From: a virus
Lineage: Duplodnaviria; Caudoviricetes
Strand: one strand, 5' to 3'
Virus record (IMG/VR): IMGVR_UViG_3300037424_001449
Location: 1 to 29,275 of that record
Length of the DNA: 29,275 nucleotides
Below the pieces are notes generated by a model. The model was not told where the DNA came from and did not search any database. It saw nothing but the letters and a program-made list of their open reading frames with translations. Numbering within the stretch: the stretch's first letter is position 1; every line of letters begins with the position of its first letter. Shown piece after piece: positions 17,291 through 27,011 of this stretch. The position numbers and the translations under genes are program-made.

Positions 17291-18680
17291 ATTTGATTTT
17301 AATCCTGCCCCAATTTTAGCAAAAATAACAGTTCTTGTCGATAAATTTGATACATTATTTGATACAATTGATTCAAATCGAGGGAAAGATGGCCTTGATA
17401 AACTTGATAAGTCAGTTAAACAATCGTCGAAGTCTGTTGATAATTTCGGGCGCATTGGCGACATGTCACTTAAGAAATTATTATTTGTTGCCGGGCTTCT
17501 CGGTACTGCTTTTTTTGCGTTAAAATCTGCCTTTAGTTCCTTACCTGCCGTTCAAGATACATTCTTTTATTTAGGACAAATAATAAAATTCAATTTACTT
17601 GCGCCGATTATGCAAGATCTTTTACCGGCGTTAAATTCTATTCTCATGTGGGCAGATAGAAATAAAACCACATTTGTAGAAATTGGAGCGATTGTCGGAA
17701 ATGTAATCTCTACGGCTATCACAATAATTAAGCAGGCAGTAATTCTCTGGCAAAGATTATTTTCAGGGCTTGTTGAAAAATTTAGAGAAGTCTTTGGGAC
17801 GGCATCACAAAGTATTGGTGATACGTTAAGACTATTAATGACAAAAATTGTAGCTGGAATTTTATTTTTACAAATTGCAATGGAACCTGTTATTGATTTA
17901 TTAGTAGATACTTTTGGATTTTTATTAAAAGCGGTACAAAGTTTTTTCCAAGGGTTTATGTCGGCGTTTGAAGGAATGGAACCAACATTTAATAGATTAT
18001 TAACTTTTTTAGGAAATCTATTCAAAGGATTAACCGGGCTAAAAAGTACATCTGAATTTTTGCTTGGCGTATTTAAAGGTATCGGTTTTTCGATAGGGTT
18101 TTTAATTAGAACGCTTTTATATGCGATTGATTTAATTATCAGATTATCAAGCGCAACAATTGAAGGCGTAAAAATGTGGATTGATTTTTTTAAGAAACTT
18201 GGAAATTATTTTATGGAAGGCGTTAATCGTTGGATAAATTTATTTAAAAGAATTGGGGAAATAATAAATACTTATATTATTGAGCCAGTTAAATTTGTAC
18301 TGGATTGGTTAGCTCAACAATTCGATAAATTTTTTGGATGGTTTGAAAAAAAATGGGAAAGCTTTAAGGGAGCATTACCTAAAGTTGGAAATTTATTTGA
18401 TAAAGATAAAATTAGAGCTAACTCGGCAAAACAACTTGAACAAGAAAGAGTAAATTTAACGACACGTTCTATACAAGAAAAGGCTAAACTATCACCTGTA
18501 AATAATAATAATAGCAATCAAAAAAGCATAAACATAAAAATTGACATGCCAATTAATCAGAGCATAAATGGAAATGACGCTGAAAGCGTATCAACTGAAA
18601 TTTCTACAAAATTAAATAAAAAAATTACAGATCAATTAAACGCGGCATTTAACAGGAATCAAGAGGCTTATGGCTTTTAG
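17280..18680 (+). CDS. Tape measure protein (short, 466 aa)
   Basis: Amphipathic helices with periodic F/W; located after the chaperone and before the baseplate genes. Confidence 0.85.
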   Translation: MENEFDFNPAPILAKITVLVDKFDTLFDTIDSNRGKDGLDKLDKSVKQSSKSVDNFGRIGDMSLKKLLFVAGLLGTAFFALKSAFSSLPAVQDTFFYLGQIIKFNLLAPIMQDLLPALNSILMWADRNKTTFVEIGAIVGNVISTAITIIKQAVILWQRLFSGLVEKFREVFGTASQSIGDTLRLLMTKIVAGILFLQIAMEPVIDLLVDTFGFLLKAVQSFFQGFMSAFEGMEPTFNRLLTFLGNLFKGLTGLKSTSEFLLGVFKGIGFSIGFLIRTLLYAIDLIIRLSSATIEGVKMWIDFFKKLGNYFMEGVNRWINLFKRIGEIINTYIIEPVKFVLDWLAQQFDKFFGWFEKKWESFKGALPKVGNLFDKDKIRANSAKQLEQERVNLTTRSIQEKAKLSPVNNNNSNQKSINIKIDMPINQSINGNDAESVSTEISTKLNKKITDQLNAAFNRNQEAYGF

Positions 18681-19248
18681 TTTAAATATAAATAATCTAC
18701 AATTTAAACTCCCCTGGTTTCTTTACGATATTGATAACGTACAGCTTATAACAACAAAGCATATCCCGGTTGAAATATCAGATAATAAATCAATAATATT
18801 CTCTGAAACTCCAGTGCCTGGTCTTCCTTATTCTCCGGTATCGTATTCAGGAATCGGTAATCGAAAACTTGCTTTTACCTTGCCTCTGATCGGCAGAAAT
18901 AATACAATCGGCAACGTTGGAACATTAAAGCAATTCGATAATTTACGCCATGAGGTTGTCGGATTTTTAGGAATATTTGGCAAAGGTCAATTTACAAGAA
19001 ATCCGAAAGTTCTATATTATTGGGGGATCGGTTCTGTACCGCTTGTTTATTATGTTTCAAAATGTGATTTTTCTCACAATTCTTTAATGACAAATAATTT
19101 CGCAAATCCTAAATATACAAATGTCTCAATTGAATTGATTCTTGATGAGGAAGACCCTGTAAATAAAATGGAAGAAGCATACAGAAAAATCATGAGTCTT
19201 GTTGGAGAGACCGAAGGTTTAATTAATTTACCAGGAAATATTTTATGA
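18670..19248 (+). CDS. Tail tube initiator / baseplate protein (P2 gpU, T4 gp48/54-like)
   Basis: VPGL..SPVSYSGIGNRKLAFTL, PKVLYYWG, VSIEL motifs; follows the tape measure. Confidence 0.78.
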   Translation: MAFSLNINNLQFKLPWFLYDIDNVQLITTKHIPVEISDNKSIIFSETPVPGLPYSPVSYSGIGNRKLAFTLPLIGRNNTIGNVGTLKQFDNLRHEVVGFLGIFGKGQFTRNPKVLYYWGIGSVPLVYYVSKCDFSHNSLMTNNFANPKYTNVSIELILDEEDPVNKMEEAYRKIMSLVGETEGLINLPGNIL

Positions 19249-19502
19249 GATATTTAGATTCTGAAAAAATAATCTATATCGATAAGGCAGGTAAAAGTTT
19301 TGATATGCTTGATTTTCCTGATATTGAAACATTGACAGGCGAAATAAAGCAGCTTGATGTTCATAAAGAACTTGATTTACTCGCAAAAGAAATATATGGC
19401 TTTGAGGAATTTTGGGATAAATTATTTGACGCCAATTCTCCTGTAATTGTAGAAAATAATTATAATTTATCAAATGTTCAAGAATTGGTTATCCCGTTAT
19501 GA
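19245..19502 (+). CDS. LysM-like baseplate protein (P2 gpX-like)
   Basis: MRY start; LDLLAKEIYG...W..LFDAN...LVIP. Confidence 0.8.
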   Translation: MRYLDSEKIIYIDKAGKSFDMLDFPDIETLTGEIKQLDVHKELDLLAKEIYGFEEFWDKLFDANSPVIVENNYNLSNVQELVIPL

Positions 19503-20665
19503 TAAAATATAATCAAGACGGCATATATTTTAAAATTACATCTCCAAATTTAAAAACAGAAATCAACGAAAAAGATTTTTTATCTTTATCAATAACAGAA
19601 GAACAAGGAAAACTTACAATTGGATCAATCGTATTACTTGACGATGGCGCCTATTATTCGGCAATAAAACGAGGAGCTATTCTTTCGATGGAATGGGGAT
19701 ATTCCTTTGTATCTGGAATTTCAAATATGTTTCGTAAAGGTCTTGATGTCATGGTTATTAGTCCGTCATGTAACTTGGCAGAAAAAACAACGACAACGAT
19801 AAATTTCAGGTCTGGATTTTCTATGATAACCAATAGAAAATCTCAAAACTACAATGACACGAAATTAAATGTTGTCACGCTTGTAATGGCATCGGCTGGA
19901 ATAAAAGCTCCTCTTATTGATTTTTCAAATTCAAATGAAAAAGGAATGTTTAGACAAGATTCTGAAACTGATTTTCAATTTTTAAGGCGATTAGCGATAG
20001 AGTGGAAAAAACAATTTATTCTTGGATACGATCCAAAGGGGCAGCCTACCGCTATATTTTCAGATTATAATTCGACAAAAGCAGAACAATATTTGCAATT
20101 AATAACAGGGCAATTACAGACCAGTAATTTATTTGAGTATAATTCCGGGATACGAAATGTCATAAAAGCAGATATTGAGGAAAATTTTTCAGAGTCTGGA
20201 GCTGGTGAGCAAATTCAGTTCGTATTAATTGACGGACAAGCAGTAAAACAATCAGTACAGGCAGAACAAAAAACAGTTCAATACTTAAAATTTGATTCTG
20301 ATAAAATGAGACTTGAAGCGGATCAAATAGCAAAAAGACAAGGAAGACAAGCTACGTTAAATTTCTTATCCGATATAATGAGCGCAACAGATTTTCAGGC
20401 AGATAATGTTAAAAGATTCTGGACGCCGGTTGACTATAAAACTGCCATGCCTCATTCAGGAACAAAAATAAACATCACAGCGTTTGGAAATCCTTTAATA
20501 ACTGTACCGTCTCCGGTAGTTCTTGGAGCTGGATTCCCGTCTGCTGTTGCAAACGCAAAAGGCCCCGGACTTGATAACGGATATAAAATAAGGAAAGTCA
20601 CACATACAATAAATTCAAGTGGATATTTTAACGAAATTGAAGTAAGAAATTATTTGAATTTATAA
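19499..20665 (+). CDS. Baseplate hub (P2 gpD / T4 gp27-like)
   Basis: QDSETDFQFLRRLA, GNP.I, YKIRKVTHTINSSGY motifs. Confidence 0.88.
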   Translation: MIKYNQDGIYFKITSPNLKTEINEKDFLSLSITEEQGKLTIGSIVLLDDGAYYSAIKRGAILSMEWGYSFVSGISNMFRKGLDVMVISPSCNLAEKTTTTINFRSGFSMITNRKSQNYNDTKLNVVTLVMASAGIKAPLIDFSNSNEKGMFRQDSETDFQFLRRLAIEWKKQFILGYDPKGQPTAIFSDYNSTKAEQYLQLITGQLQTSNLFEYNSGIRNVIKADIEENFSESGAGEQIQFVLIDGQAVKQSVQAEQKTVQYLKFDSDKMRLEADQIAKRQGRQATLNFLSDIMSATDFQADNVKRFWTPVDYKTAMPHSGTKINITAFGNPLITVPSPVVLGAGFPSAVANAKGPGLDNGYKIRKVTHTINSSGYFNEIEVRNYLNL

Positions 20666-20668
20666 AGG

Positions 20669-20688
20669 CTTGACAAAAAACAAAGCAT
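20669..20688 (+). promoter_or_regulatory. Upstream motif CTTGACAAAAAACAAAGCAT
   Basis: TTGACA at 20670, 34 nt before ATG 20704; near-identical to 3565-3584. Confidence 0.5.
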
Positions 20689-20703
20689 GATAATTAAAAG
20701 ATA

Positions 20704-21330
20704 ATGACTGATATCGAAGACAAAATAAGAATAAATATTGTCTTACCTGAGTTAAAATACATTAGAACTTATACGGCCAAAGTTATTGACAATACAATTG
20801 GTGACGGTAAATTAAAGGCATCATGCCCTGATCTTGGATGGGAAGACGAATTCTCTTATGCTGAATGTTTCCCGCGAGATTTTATTTCAAGCCGAATACT
20901 TCCTGAGATAAATGATTATGTTGAAATTTCTTTCCATGCCGGGAAATCAGAATACCCGGTATGGGGCAATCTTATAACTGAGATTAAAGCCAATAATAAA
21001 TTTTCACAATATTCTAAAGAAACTGACAGGATAATTTTTGAAGATCGTAAAACTGGGGATTATATCAAATATGATTCTAATAGTAAAAAATGGGCTTTAA
21101 ATATTACTGGCGATGTTGAGATAAACGGCCCGAATATTAAATTAAATGGGGAAAGTAAATATTTCGTAACGCATACAGAATTAAATACTGCGTTGCAAAC
21201 ATTTATTACTGCATTAAACTTGCATACTCATAGTGTCCCGGAGGCTCCCGGTTCGACACTGACGCCAACAGATCCAATGAGTTTAGATATTTCATCCTCT
21301 CAAACACAAACAATAAAAACAGGTGGATAA
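20704..21330 (+). CDS. Baseplate central spike (gpV/gp5 OB-fold)
   Basis: AKVIDN...GKLKA, LPEINDYVEISF..G..EYPVW; C-terminal HTH (His-x-His) metal-binding apex. Confidence 0.88.
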   Translation: MTDIEDKIRINIVLPELKYIRTYTAKVIDNTIGDGKLKASCPDLGWEDEFSYAECFPRDFISSRILPEINDYVEISFHAGKSEYPVWGNLITEIKANNKFSQYSKETDRIIFEDRKTGDYIKYDSNSKKWALNITGDVEINGPNIKLNGESKYFVTHTELNTALQTFITALNLHTHSVPEAPGSTLTPTDPMSLDISSSQTQTIKTGG

Positions 21331-21686
21331 TGGAAGTACTCAACGACAAAGCATGGGACGCATTTTTTAGCCATGGTGTAAATCGTGACGAGACTATCTA
21401 CGCCGATATTATGACAGGACTTTTACAGGATAAAAATACAATATTCTTTAATCGTGATTATGGCTGTGGAATATCAAAAATGGAAAACAGATCCGGGCTA
21501 CAAAAGGAAGTTGATTTAAGATTTAATATCTGTAATTTCATATCAAGAAGGAATCTTGAAGTATCAAGTAAAATTCAAGCCATCACATCAAATCAATCTA
21601 TATCAATTGAGAAGCAAAATGGCGAAATGGACATAACTGTTAATTATTATAGACCTGATCTTAAAAAAGGAATTATATCAATATGA
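21330..21686 (+). CDS. Baseplate wedge / sheath initiator (gpW/gp25-like)
   Basis: FFNRDYGCG motif, size and synteny. Confidence 0.78.
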   Translation: MEVLNDKAWDAFFSHGVNRDETIYADIMTGLLQDKNTIFFNRDYGCGISKMENRSGLQKEVDLRFNICNFISRRNLEVSSKIQAITSNQSISIEKQNGEMDITVNYYRPDLKKGIISI

Positions 21687-23410
21687 GCAGAAATCCAATA
21701 CGATATTCAAGCCGTGATTTTACGACTGTCATGAACGATCTTGATAGCGACGCCGAACTTGCAGATAAGCCTTCGTGGTTTAAACGAATATCTGCTGGCG
21801 TTGTCGATGTGTTGTCTCGCTATATTGACAGAGCCGCAAATAACGCATTTATCCGTTCTATTGACTCAAGAAAATATATGGAAAGAAAATGTGAAATGCT
21901 CGGTTATGAGTTACAGCCACATAGTACATCATCAGGGACTTTGCGTTTTAATATTGATCCTGATAATTTGCCGGTTGGATCAATCCCTAAAACTGATCTT
22001 ATAGCTTTGTGGACTGACGGTGGGTCATCACTACAATTTGAGGCAAGAGCCGGAACGACATTTTCGGCAGTATCAGAATCCGTAACGGTTGACAATTCTA
22101 CCGATATTATTACCGTTGTGAATTCCTATGATACCGGGGACTTGGTTAGAATAACAGCAACGGCCTTTCCTGGTGGGCTTTCGGCATCTACAAATTATTA
22201 TGCGATAAGAATTTCCGCGACACAAATCAAGCTTGCGACAAATTTAAATAATTCACTTGCCGGCACTGCTATTGATATTACGTCAGATGGGACTAGTGTT
22301 ATTGTTACAAGTTATGCTTTAAAGGTCACTTGTTATCAACAAAAAACGATAGACCAATATTTGCTGGCGACTCCGACCACGGATATTTGGCAGGAATTTA
22401 TTTTACGGGATATTGATGTACTACATGAAACGGTAACTGTTATAATAAACTCAATAACATGGACGAGGCAAACAGATTGGTTACTGACTGGCGCAACAGA
22501 TACACATTACAGAGTCAGGCAATTAACAACTGGTGAATATTTAGAATTTGGAGACGAGGAAAGTTTCGGCAAAATCCCTGACGCTGATATTTATGTTTCT
22601 TATGCGGTTGGAGGCAAATCAGCATCAAATATAAACTCACTTAATACTGTAAATAAGTATCTTGGAAATAATGCGTCAATTTTAGACGTGACAAATACGA
22701 CAACATTTTCAGGAGGCCTTGACCGGGAAAGTATCGAGAAGGCAAGACGGCTTTCTGTTATATTAATAGGCCAAAATGATTTATTTTTGGAAGATGAATA
22801 TTCCGTTGCATTAATATTGGCCTACGGAAGCACAACTCATGCTCATGTCGATCATAATTATTATGGAACGCTTACATCAAGAGTCGTTATAGTCCCGGCT
22901 GGCGGCGGAACTTCATCGTCAGCATTTAAGACAGAATTAAAAACGTATCTGGAATCAAGATCATTTGGAATATCTGTTACAGTTTTCGATGCTTCATATA
23001 TTGCGCAAAATATAACGTCTACAATAAAACTATTAACAGGATATGATTATACAACAGTTAAAGGATACTATGAATTGGCATTGTCATTGATCCTTGATGA
23101 AACTGGGCTTGAGGTTCTTGATATTTATGAATCAACAGGAATTGCAGACGCTATTACTGAGATTAATGCAAAATATTCGACAGCGTTTTCCGACTTCGAT
23201 TATAACGAGATTGAGGCAATGATTATTAGAATAATCCAAAAGCAAGAATATGCAACGATCAATAAAACATTGCAGGTATCAGATGTTTACGGAATAGTTG
23301 AAGACATTGCCGGGCTTGATTATGCTATTATTTCGACATCGTTCCCTATTACAATGGGATTAAACGAGATTACATCAATAGGAACATTGACGACAACAGA
23401 AATACCATGA
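21683..23410 (+). CDS. Baseplate wedge protein (gpJ / T4 gp6-like)
   Basis: YSSRDF, MLGY, LEFGD...GKIP, Y.VGG...N, SGGLDRESIE motifs. Confidence 0.9.
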   Translation: MSRNPIRYSSRDFTTVMNDLDSDAELADKPSWFKRISAGVVDVLSRYIDRAANNAFIRSIDSRKYMERKCEMLGYELQPHSTSSGTLRFNIDPDNLPVGSIPKTDLIALWTDGGSSLQFEARAGTTFSAVSESVTVDNSTDIITVVNSYDTGDLVRITATAFPGGLSASTNYYAIRISATQIKLATNLNNSLAGTAIDITSDGTSVIVTSYALKVTCYQQKTIDQYLLATPTTDIWQEFILRDIDVLHETVTVIINSITWTRQTDWLLTGATDTHYRVRQLTTGEYLEFGDEESFGKIPDADIYVSYAVGGKSASNINSLNTVNKYLGNNASILDVTNTTTFSGGLDRESIEKARRLSVILIGQNDLFLEDEYSVALILAYGSTTHAHVDHNYYGTLTSRVVIVPAGGGTSSSAFKTELKTYLESRSFGISVTVFDASYIAQNITSTIKLLTGYDYTTVKGYYELALSLILDETGLEVLDIYESTGIADAITEINAKYSTAFSDFDYNEIEAMIIRIIQKQEYATINKTLQVSDVYGIVEDIAGLDYAIISTSFPITMGLNEITSIGTLTTTEIP

Positions 23411-24036
23411 AATTAAAATGGCCTAAATACTTACGTGATAATATAACAAGGGCTGGAACTGCCTTAATTAATAAATATCAATCTTATATTGATATTTTAC
23501 AAATTGATATTGACATGCTTTATGATCTTAATGACCCGTATAGATGCCCAGAAAAATTTTTATCTGTATTATCAAATGATCTACATGGTGAGTTTAATAA
23601 TGACGATACTGTCAGAGAAAAACGTATCAAACTCGCTACCGCAATTCAACGAGGGAAAGACAAGTCATTATGGGAAACTGATTTAAAATTAAGAGTTAAA
23701 TCAGTTCTCGGGTATTCGGTTGATCTATATTCAAGACGTTCGAGTACTACGCTGTACGATTCAATTTTTTGGGGCGGTACAGATGACAGAGACAGAAATT
23801 GGTGTATAGCAGAATCAACAGGTCAGGCGGAAATATTTGTCGGTGGAATTGTTGGAATTCCTTATACTGATGACTTTTTACATGGTATTATTTGTATTGA
23901 CGTAAAATCTTCTCAAAGCGCAGCAACTTTGCAAAAAATTGTTCTTGAAATAAATCGAGAAGGCGGCTACGTTGGGCATAGAATATTTATTGGATATTTA
24001 TCCGGTACGATTTATACAGTAGAGGCAGAAGCTTAA
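23407..24036 (+). CDS. Baseplate protein (P2 gpI-like)
   Basis: DPYRCPEKFL..L motif; lies between gpJ and the fibre. Confidence 0.78.
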   Translation: MKLKWPKYLRDNITRAGTALINKYQSYIDILQIDIDMLYDLNDPYRCPEKFLSVLSNDLHGEFNNDDTVREKRIKLATAIQRGKDKSLWETDLKLRVKSVLGYSVDLYSRRSSTTLYDSIFWGGTDDRDRNWCIAESTGQAEIFVGGIVGIPYTDDFLHGIICIDVKSSQSAATLQKIVLEINREGGYVGHRIFIGYLSGTIYTVEAEA

Positions 24037-24037
24037 A

Positions 24038-26410
24038 ATGGCAGATATAAAACAACATAATCATAAATATACTACAATATCAGGATCAAATGTTCCAATT
24101 GCATCAGGTGACAGACAATGGGCGCAAGACAAAGGTCGGGATTTTTATTTTGGTCTTGATCGGACTGCGCGCGCAATTAACGCAATCTTAAAAAATGATT
24201 TGAATAATAGAATAATTCAAACAGGAACTGTAAATCAAGGAAGTGGTGATACCATCAATGTTCCGATTACAAGAGGAATTGTAAAATTCAGCGTTGATAT
24301 ACCTAATTCATTTGCCGCTATTCCAGTTACAGTTACACAAGCTGATATTTATCAACTTGTAGAAATACAGTCTGCGCAATCAAATCTTGTCGTCACAGGT
24401 GGGCAAATATCGGATAATCTTTATGCCAATGCGACTCTTGATGGATCAACTATAAACTATGTAAAATTAAAATATAAAGAAATTAATGGATCAATAAGGC
24501 AGCGATCCGAGGCGACAGGAACTTACGTTTACGAGGTTAGCCCGTCATACGAAATTAGAATTGAACCAGTTGCTCCAACTGGCTATGAAATTGAACTTAG
24601 TAAATTCACAGGCGTGGCAAGTGGAACCTTCACGTTTAATACATCAACTCGAACCGGATGGGGATTTGATATTCAAAAACTAACAACAAACGACCTGATC
24701 GTTAATAATTACAACAACGGAAATAAAATTGATACTGTAATAGACTATAATTTTACAGGTGGAACAGAAACTGGCGCAATCGAAATATTGCTACCAATGC
24801 ATTCTAGCGGAACGTTAATGCCTAAACTGGCTATCAGGATTAGAACGTCTGATGCAGGGGGTACAGAATGTGTCTTATATGTAGATGGGGGTATATTAGT
24901 TACAATAGACTGGCAAGGGTCGACCTACTCACATCCAGTAATTATAGGACAGTACACAAAAACTTTAAACCTAAAATTTGGATACCGAACTATATCAGCT
25001 GTTAAGTACCCAACCATTTATATCGGCGATATAGCTGACACTTGGCAGGAAGCGAAAATTCAAATTGTTGAAATCCATGGGGCACAGGTTGACCTACCTG
25101 CCAACTGGCTAGACCGTGCCAACTACGCCATCGATATCATCCCTGCACTTGCAGGCGACTACACTAACCAATACGACGTAGTACCTTCAGTATACGGACA
25201 TGACGCCAGTGTTGCAGGGGATTTGAGTGTAACGGGCAATCTCGGAATCGGCGGCGACGCTGATGCTACGTATGATCTTAAGGTTTATGGGACCTCGCTA
25301 TTCAGCGATAATCTCAGAATAGATTCGACAACTCCTTTTCTTATTCTTAGTAAATCTGATACAAGCCACGGGGGCATACGATTTGAAAATGATGGTGTAC
25401 AGAGATTCTACCAATATTTGTCGTCATCCGAAAATTACGTGCTAAATCGCTATGACTCGGGAGGGGTATTAGTAGATGTCCCCTTGCAAGTGAATGGAGG
25501 TACTGGGGATGTAACCGTTGCGAATAATCTTCGTGTTTCCGGCAATCTCGGGATCGGCGGCGACGCTGATGCTACGTATGATCTTAAGGTTTATGGGACT
25601 TCGCTGTTAGTTGGTAATTCTCGGATTACCGGCAATCTCGGGATCGGCGGCAATGCTGATGCTACGTATGATTTAAAGGTTTATGGCGATTCATACATGG
25701 TTGGGAACATCTCGGTTGGGAACATCTCGGTAGGAGTTATTACCGCACAAGTAAATTCATCGAGTTGGTCAGTCAGAGTAACTAATTACGGCACAGGATC
25801 TGGAGTAAGTGCGTTGAGTTCTTCTGGTTTTGGATGTAGTAGTGCCGGAGGCACATATGATTTTTACGCCGCTGGAACTGGAATAAATTACGGTCCGTTT
25901 ACCGGGGCGCACCAATTTACGATTGATAACGATATTGATATTCTACCAGGAATGATTCTGGCTATAGACTATGTGCGTGAATGGGTTAAAGATGCGGCAT
26001 TTAGCCTGTCGACTACATTTCCACATCTTAAAATCGCAACTGAAAATGATACACCCTATTGCATCTATAATTATTCTCATCAGTTAGAAGAAGACGATCC
26101 TGATATATTTTTCACCTTTAATCCCGCATGGAAAAAGGGGGCAGGCAATGCCCTTGGTGAAGGCTGGATTATGGCATGTGATATTAATGGCGTACCGAAA
26201 AAAGGTGATATTTTAGTATTGTCAGAATTTCCTGGCTATGCAAAAGTTTTAAATCCAGACACTCCATTGACAGCAGCAATTTTTTCAAAAATTGTTGGTA
26301 AGGTAATTGACGACATAGATTTCTCAGCATATCCTAATGTGTCCAAATATCCTAATGTGTCAAACATAACTAAAGGTGGACTTGTGCCTATAGTCTATCT
26401 ACTCGGTTAA
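24038..26410 (+). CDS. Tail fibre / receptor-binding protein, mosaic, with a putative C-terminal chaperone-like domain
   Basis: Follows gpI; GNLGIGG repeats; C-terminal FTGAH...NALGEG...GD.L..S..PGYA segment. Confidence 0.85.
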   Translation: MADIKQHNHKYTTISGSNVPIASGDRQWAQDKGRDFYFGLDRTARAINAILKNDLNNRIIQTGTVNQGSGDTINVPITRGIVKFSVDIPNSFAAIPVTVTQADIYQLVEIQSAQSNLVVTGGQISDNLYANATLDGSTINYVKLKYKEINGSIRQRSEATGTYVYEVSPSYEIRIEPVAPTGYEIELSKFTGVASGTFTFNTSTRTGWGFDIQKLTTNDLIVNNYNNGNKIDTVIDYNFTGGTETGAIEILLPMHSSGTLMPKLAIRIRTSDAGGTECVLYVDGGILVTIDWQGSTYSHPVIIGQYTKTLNLKFGYRTISAVKYPTIYIGDIADTWQEAKIQIVEIHGAQVDLPANWLDRANYAIDIIPALAGDYTNQYDVVPSVYGHDASVAGDLSVTGNLGIGGDADATYDLKVYGTSLFSDNLRIDSTTPFLILSKSDTSHGGIRFENDGVQRFYQYLSSSENYVLNRYDSGGVLVDVPLQVNGGTGDVTVANNLRVSGNLGIGGDADATYDLKVYGTSLLVGNSRITGNLGIGGNADATYDLKVYGDSYMVGNISVGNISVGVITAQVNSSSWSVRVTNYGTGSGVSALSSSGFGCSSAGGTYDFYAAGTGINYGPFTGAHQFTIDNDIDILPGMILAIDYVREWVKDAAFSLSTTFPHLKIATENDTPYCIYNYSHQLEEDDPDIFFTFNPAWKKGAGNALGEGWIMACDINGVPKKGDILVLSEFPGYAKVLNPDTPLTAAIFSKIVGKVIDDIDFSAYPNVSKYPNVSNITKGGLVPIVYLLG
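25235..25686 (+). repeat. Three dispersed 56-65 bp direct repeats (GNLGIGG[D/N]ADATYDLKVYG)
   Basis: Copies at 25235-25299, 25541-25605 (63/65 identical to the first) and 25631-25686. Confidence 0.95.
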
Positions 26411-26478
26411 AATTGCGCTAGGAACATCGTATCATTAAAAGAGCAATAAATATTTTTTCATACCATAAATATAACAAA

Positions 26479-26508
26479 TTGACAAAATATATCAAATATA
26501 TTAATAAT
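26479..26508 (+). promoter_or_regulatory. Possible promoter for the lysis cassette
   Basis: TTGACA at 26479, then TAATAAT after 17 nt, in an AT-rich intergenic gap. Confidence 0.5.
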
Positions 26509-26528
26509 ACCATTAATAATACCGAAGT

Positions 26529-26717
26529 ATGGAAAAAAAATTAATATCTCACGAAACATTAATTGCTGAAAAAGAGCGTTTGCAGGCAGAAGAAAAAAAA
26601 GGCCTTGAGCATCTAGAAAATCTCAACGAACAAAGAGCTCGAACCGAAACTGATATATTGAGAATTCAGGGGACGATTGCTGTCATTGAAAGTTTTTTGA
26701 AGGACTCTAATGAATGA
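26529..26717 (+). CDS. Small coiled-coil hypothetical protein
   Basis: ORF track; heptad pattern ending IQGTIAVIE. Confidence 0.72.
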   Translation: MEKKLISHETLIAEKERLQAEEKKGLEHLENLNEQRARTETDILRIQGTIAVIESFLKDSNE

Positions 26718-27000
26718 CAAAATATTACAAATATTATTATTGATACTATCCGGGGCAGTATTTCCCGCAGTGCCGTTTCTTTTTTATTCTGTTTACAGGT
26801 CACGACAAGTTCCTGCAATCTGGAAAGCGATTGATAACCTTAAAAAGGACAAAGCAGAAGATATGGATATGAAAATGTTAGACGGACGTTTGAGAAAAAT
26901 GGAAATTGATTTTGCTGAAAAAATGGGCAGATTTTCTGGGATGCTTGACCGGTTGGAAATGATCGAAAAAAGATTTGAGGAAATAATAAAGGGGAGATAA
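26710..27000 (+). CDS. Membrane protein (N-terminal TM plus coiled coil), lysis-cassette accessory
   Basis: AAGGA SD; hydrophobic N-terminus; lies upstream of the endolysin. Confidence 0.65.
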   Translation: MNDKILQILLLILSGAVFPAVPFLFYSVYRSRQVPAIWKAIDNLKKDKAEDMDMKMLDGRLRKMEIDFAEKMGRFSGMLDRLEMIEKRFEEIIKGR

Positions 27001-27011
27001 AGGGGAGATAA

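Noticed and set aside
14009-24036. Stand-alone contractile injection system or tailocin
   Set aside because: Terminase, portal, protease and capsid genes are present and intact, so this is a complete phage morphogenesis module.
24038-26410. Diversity-generating retroelement or invertible fibre cassette
   Set aside because: No reverse transcriptase or invertase in the window; the repeats are direct and intragenic, and their differences are not confined to adenines.
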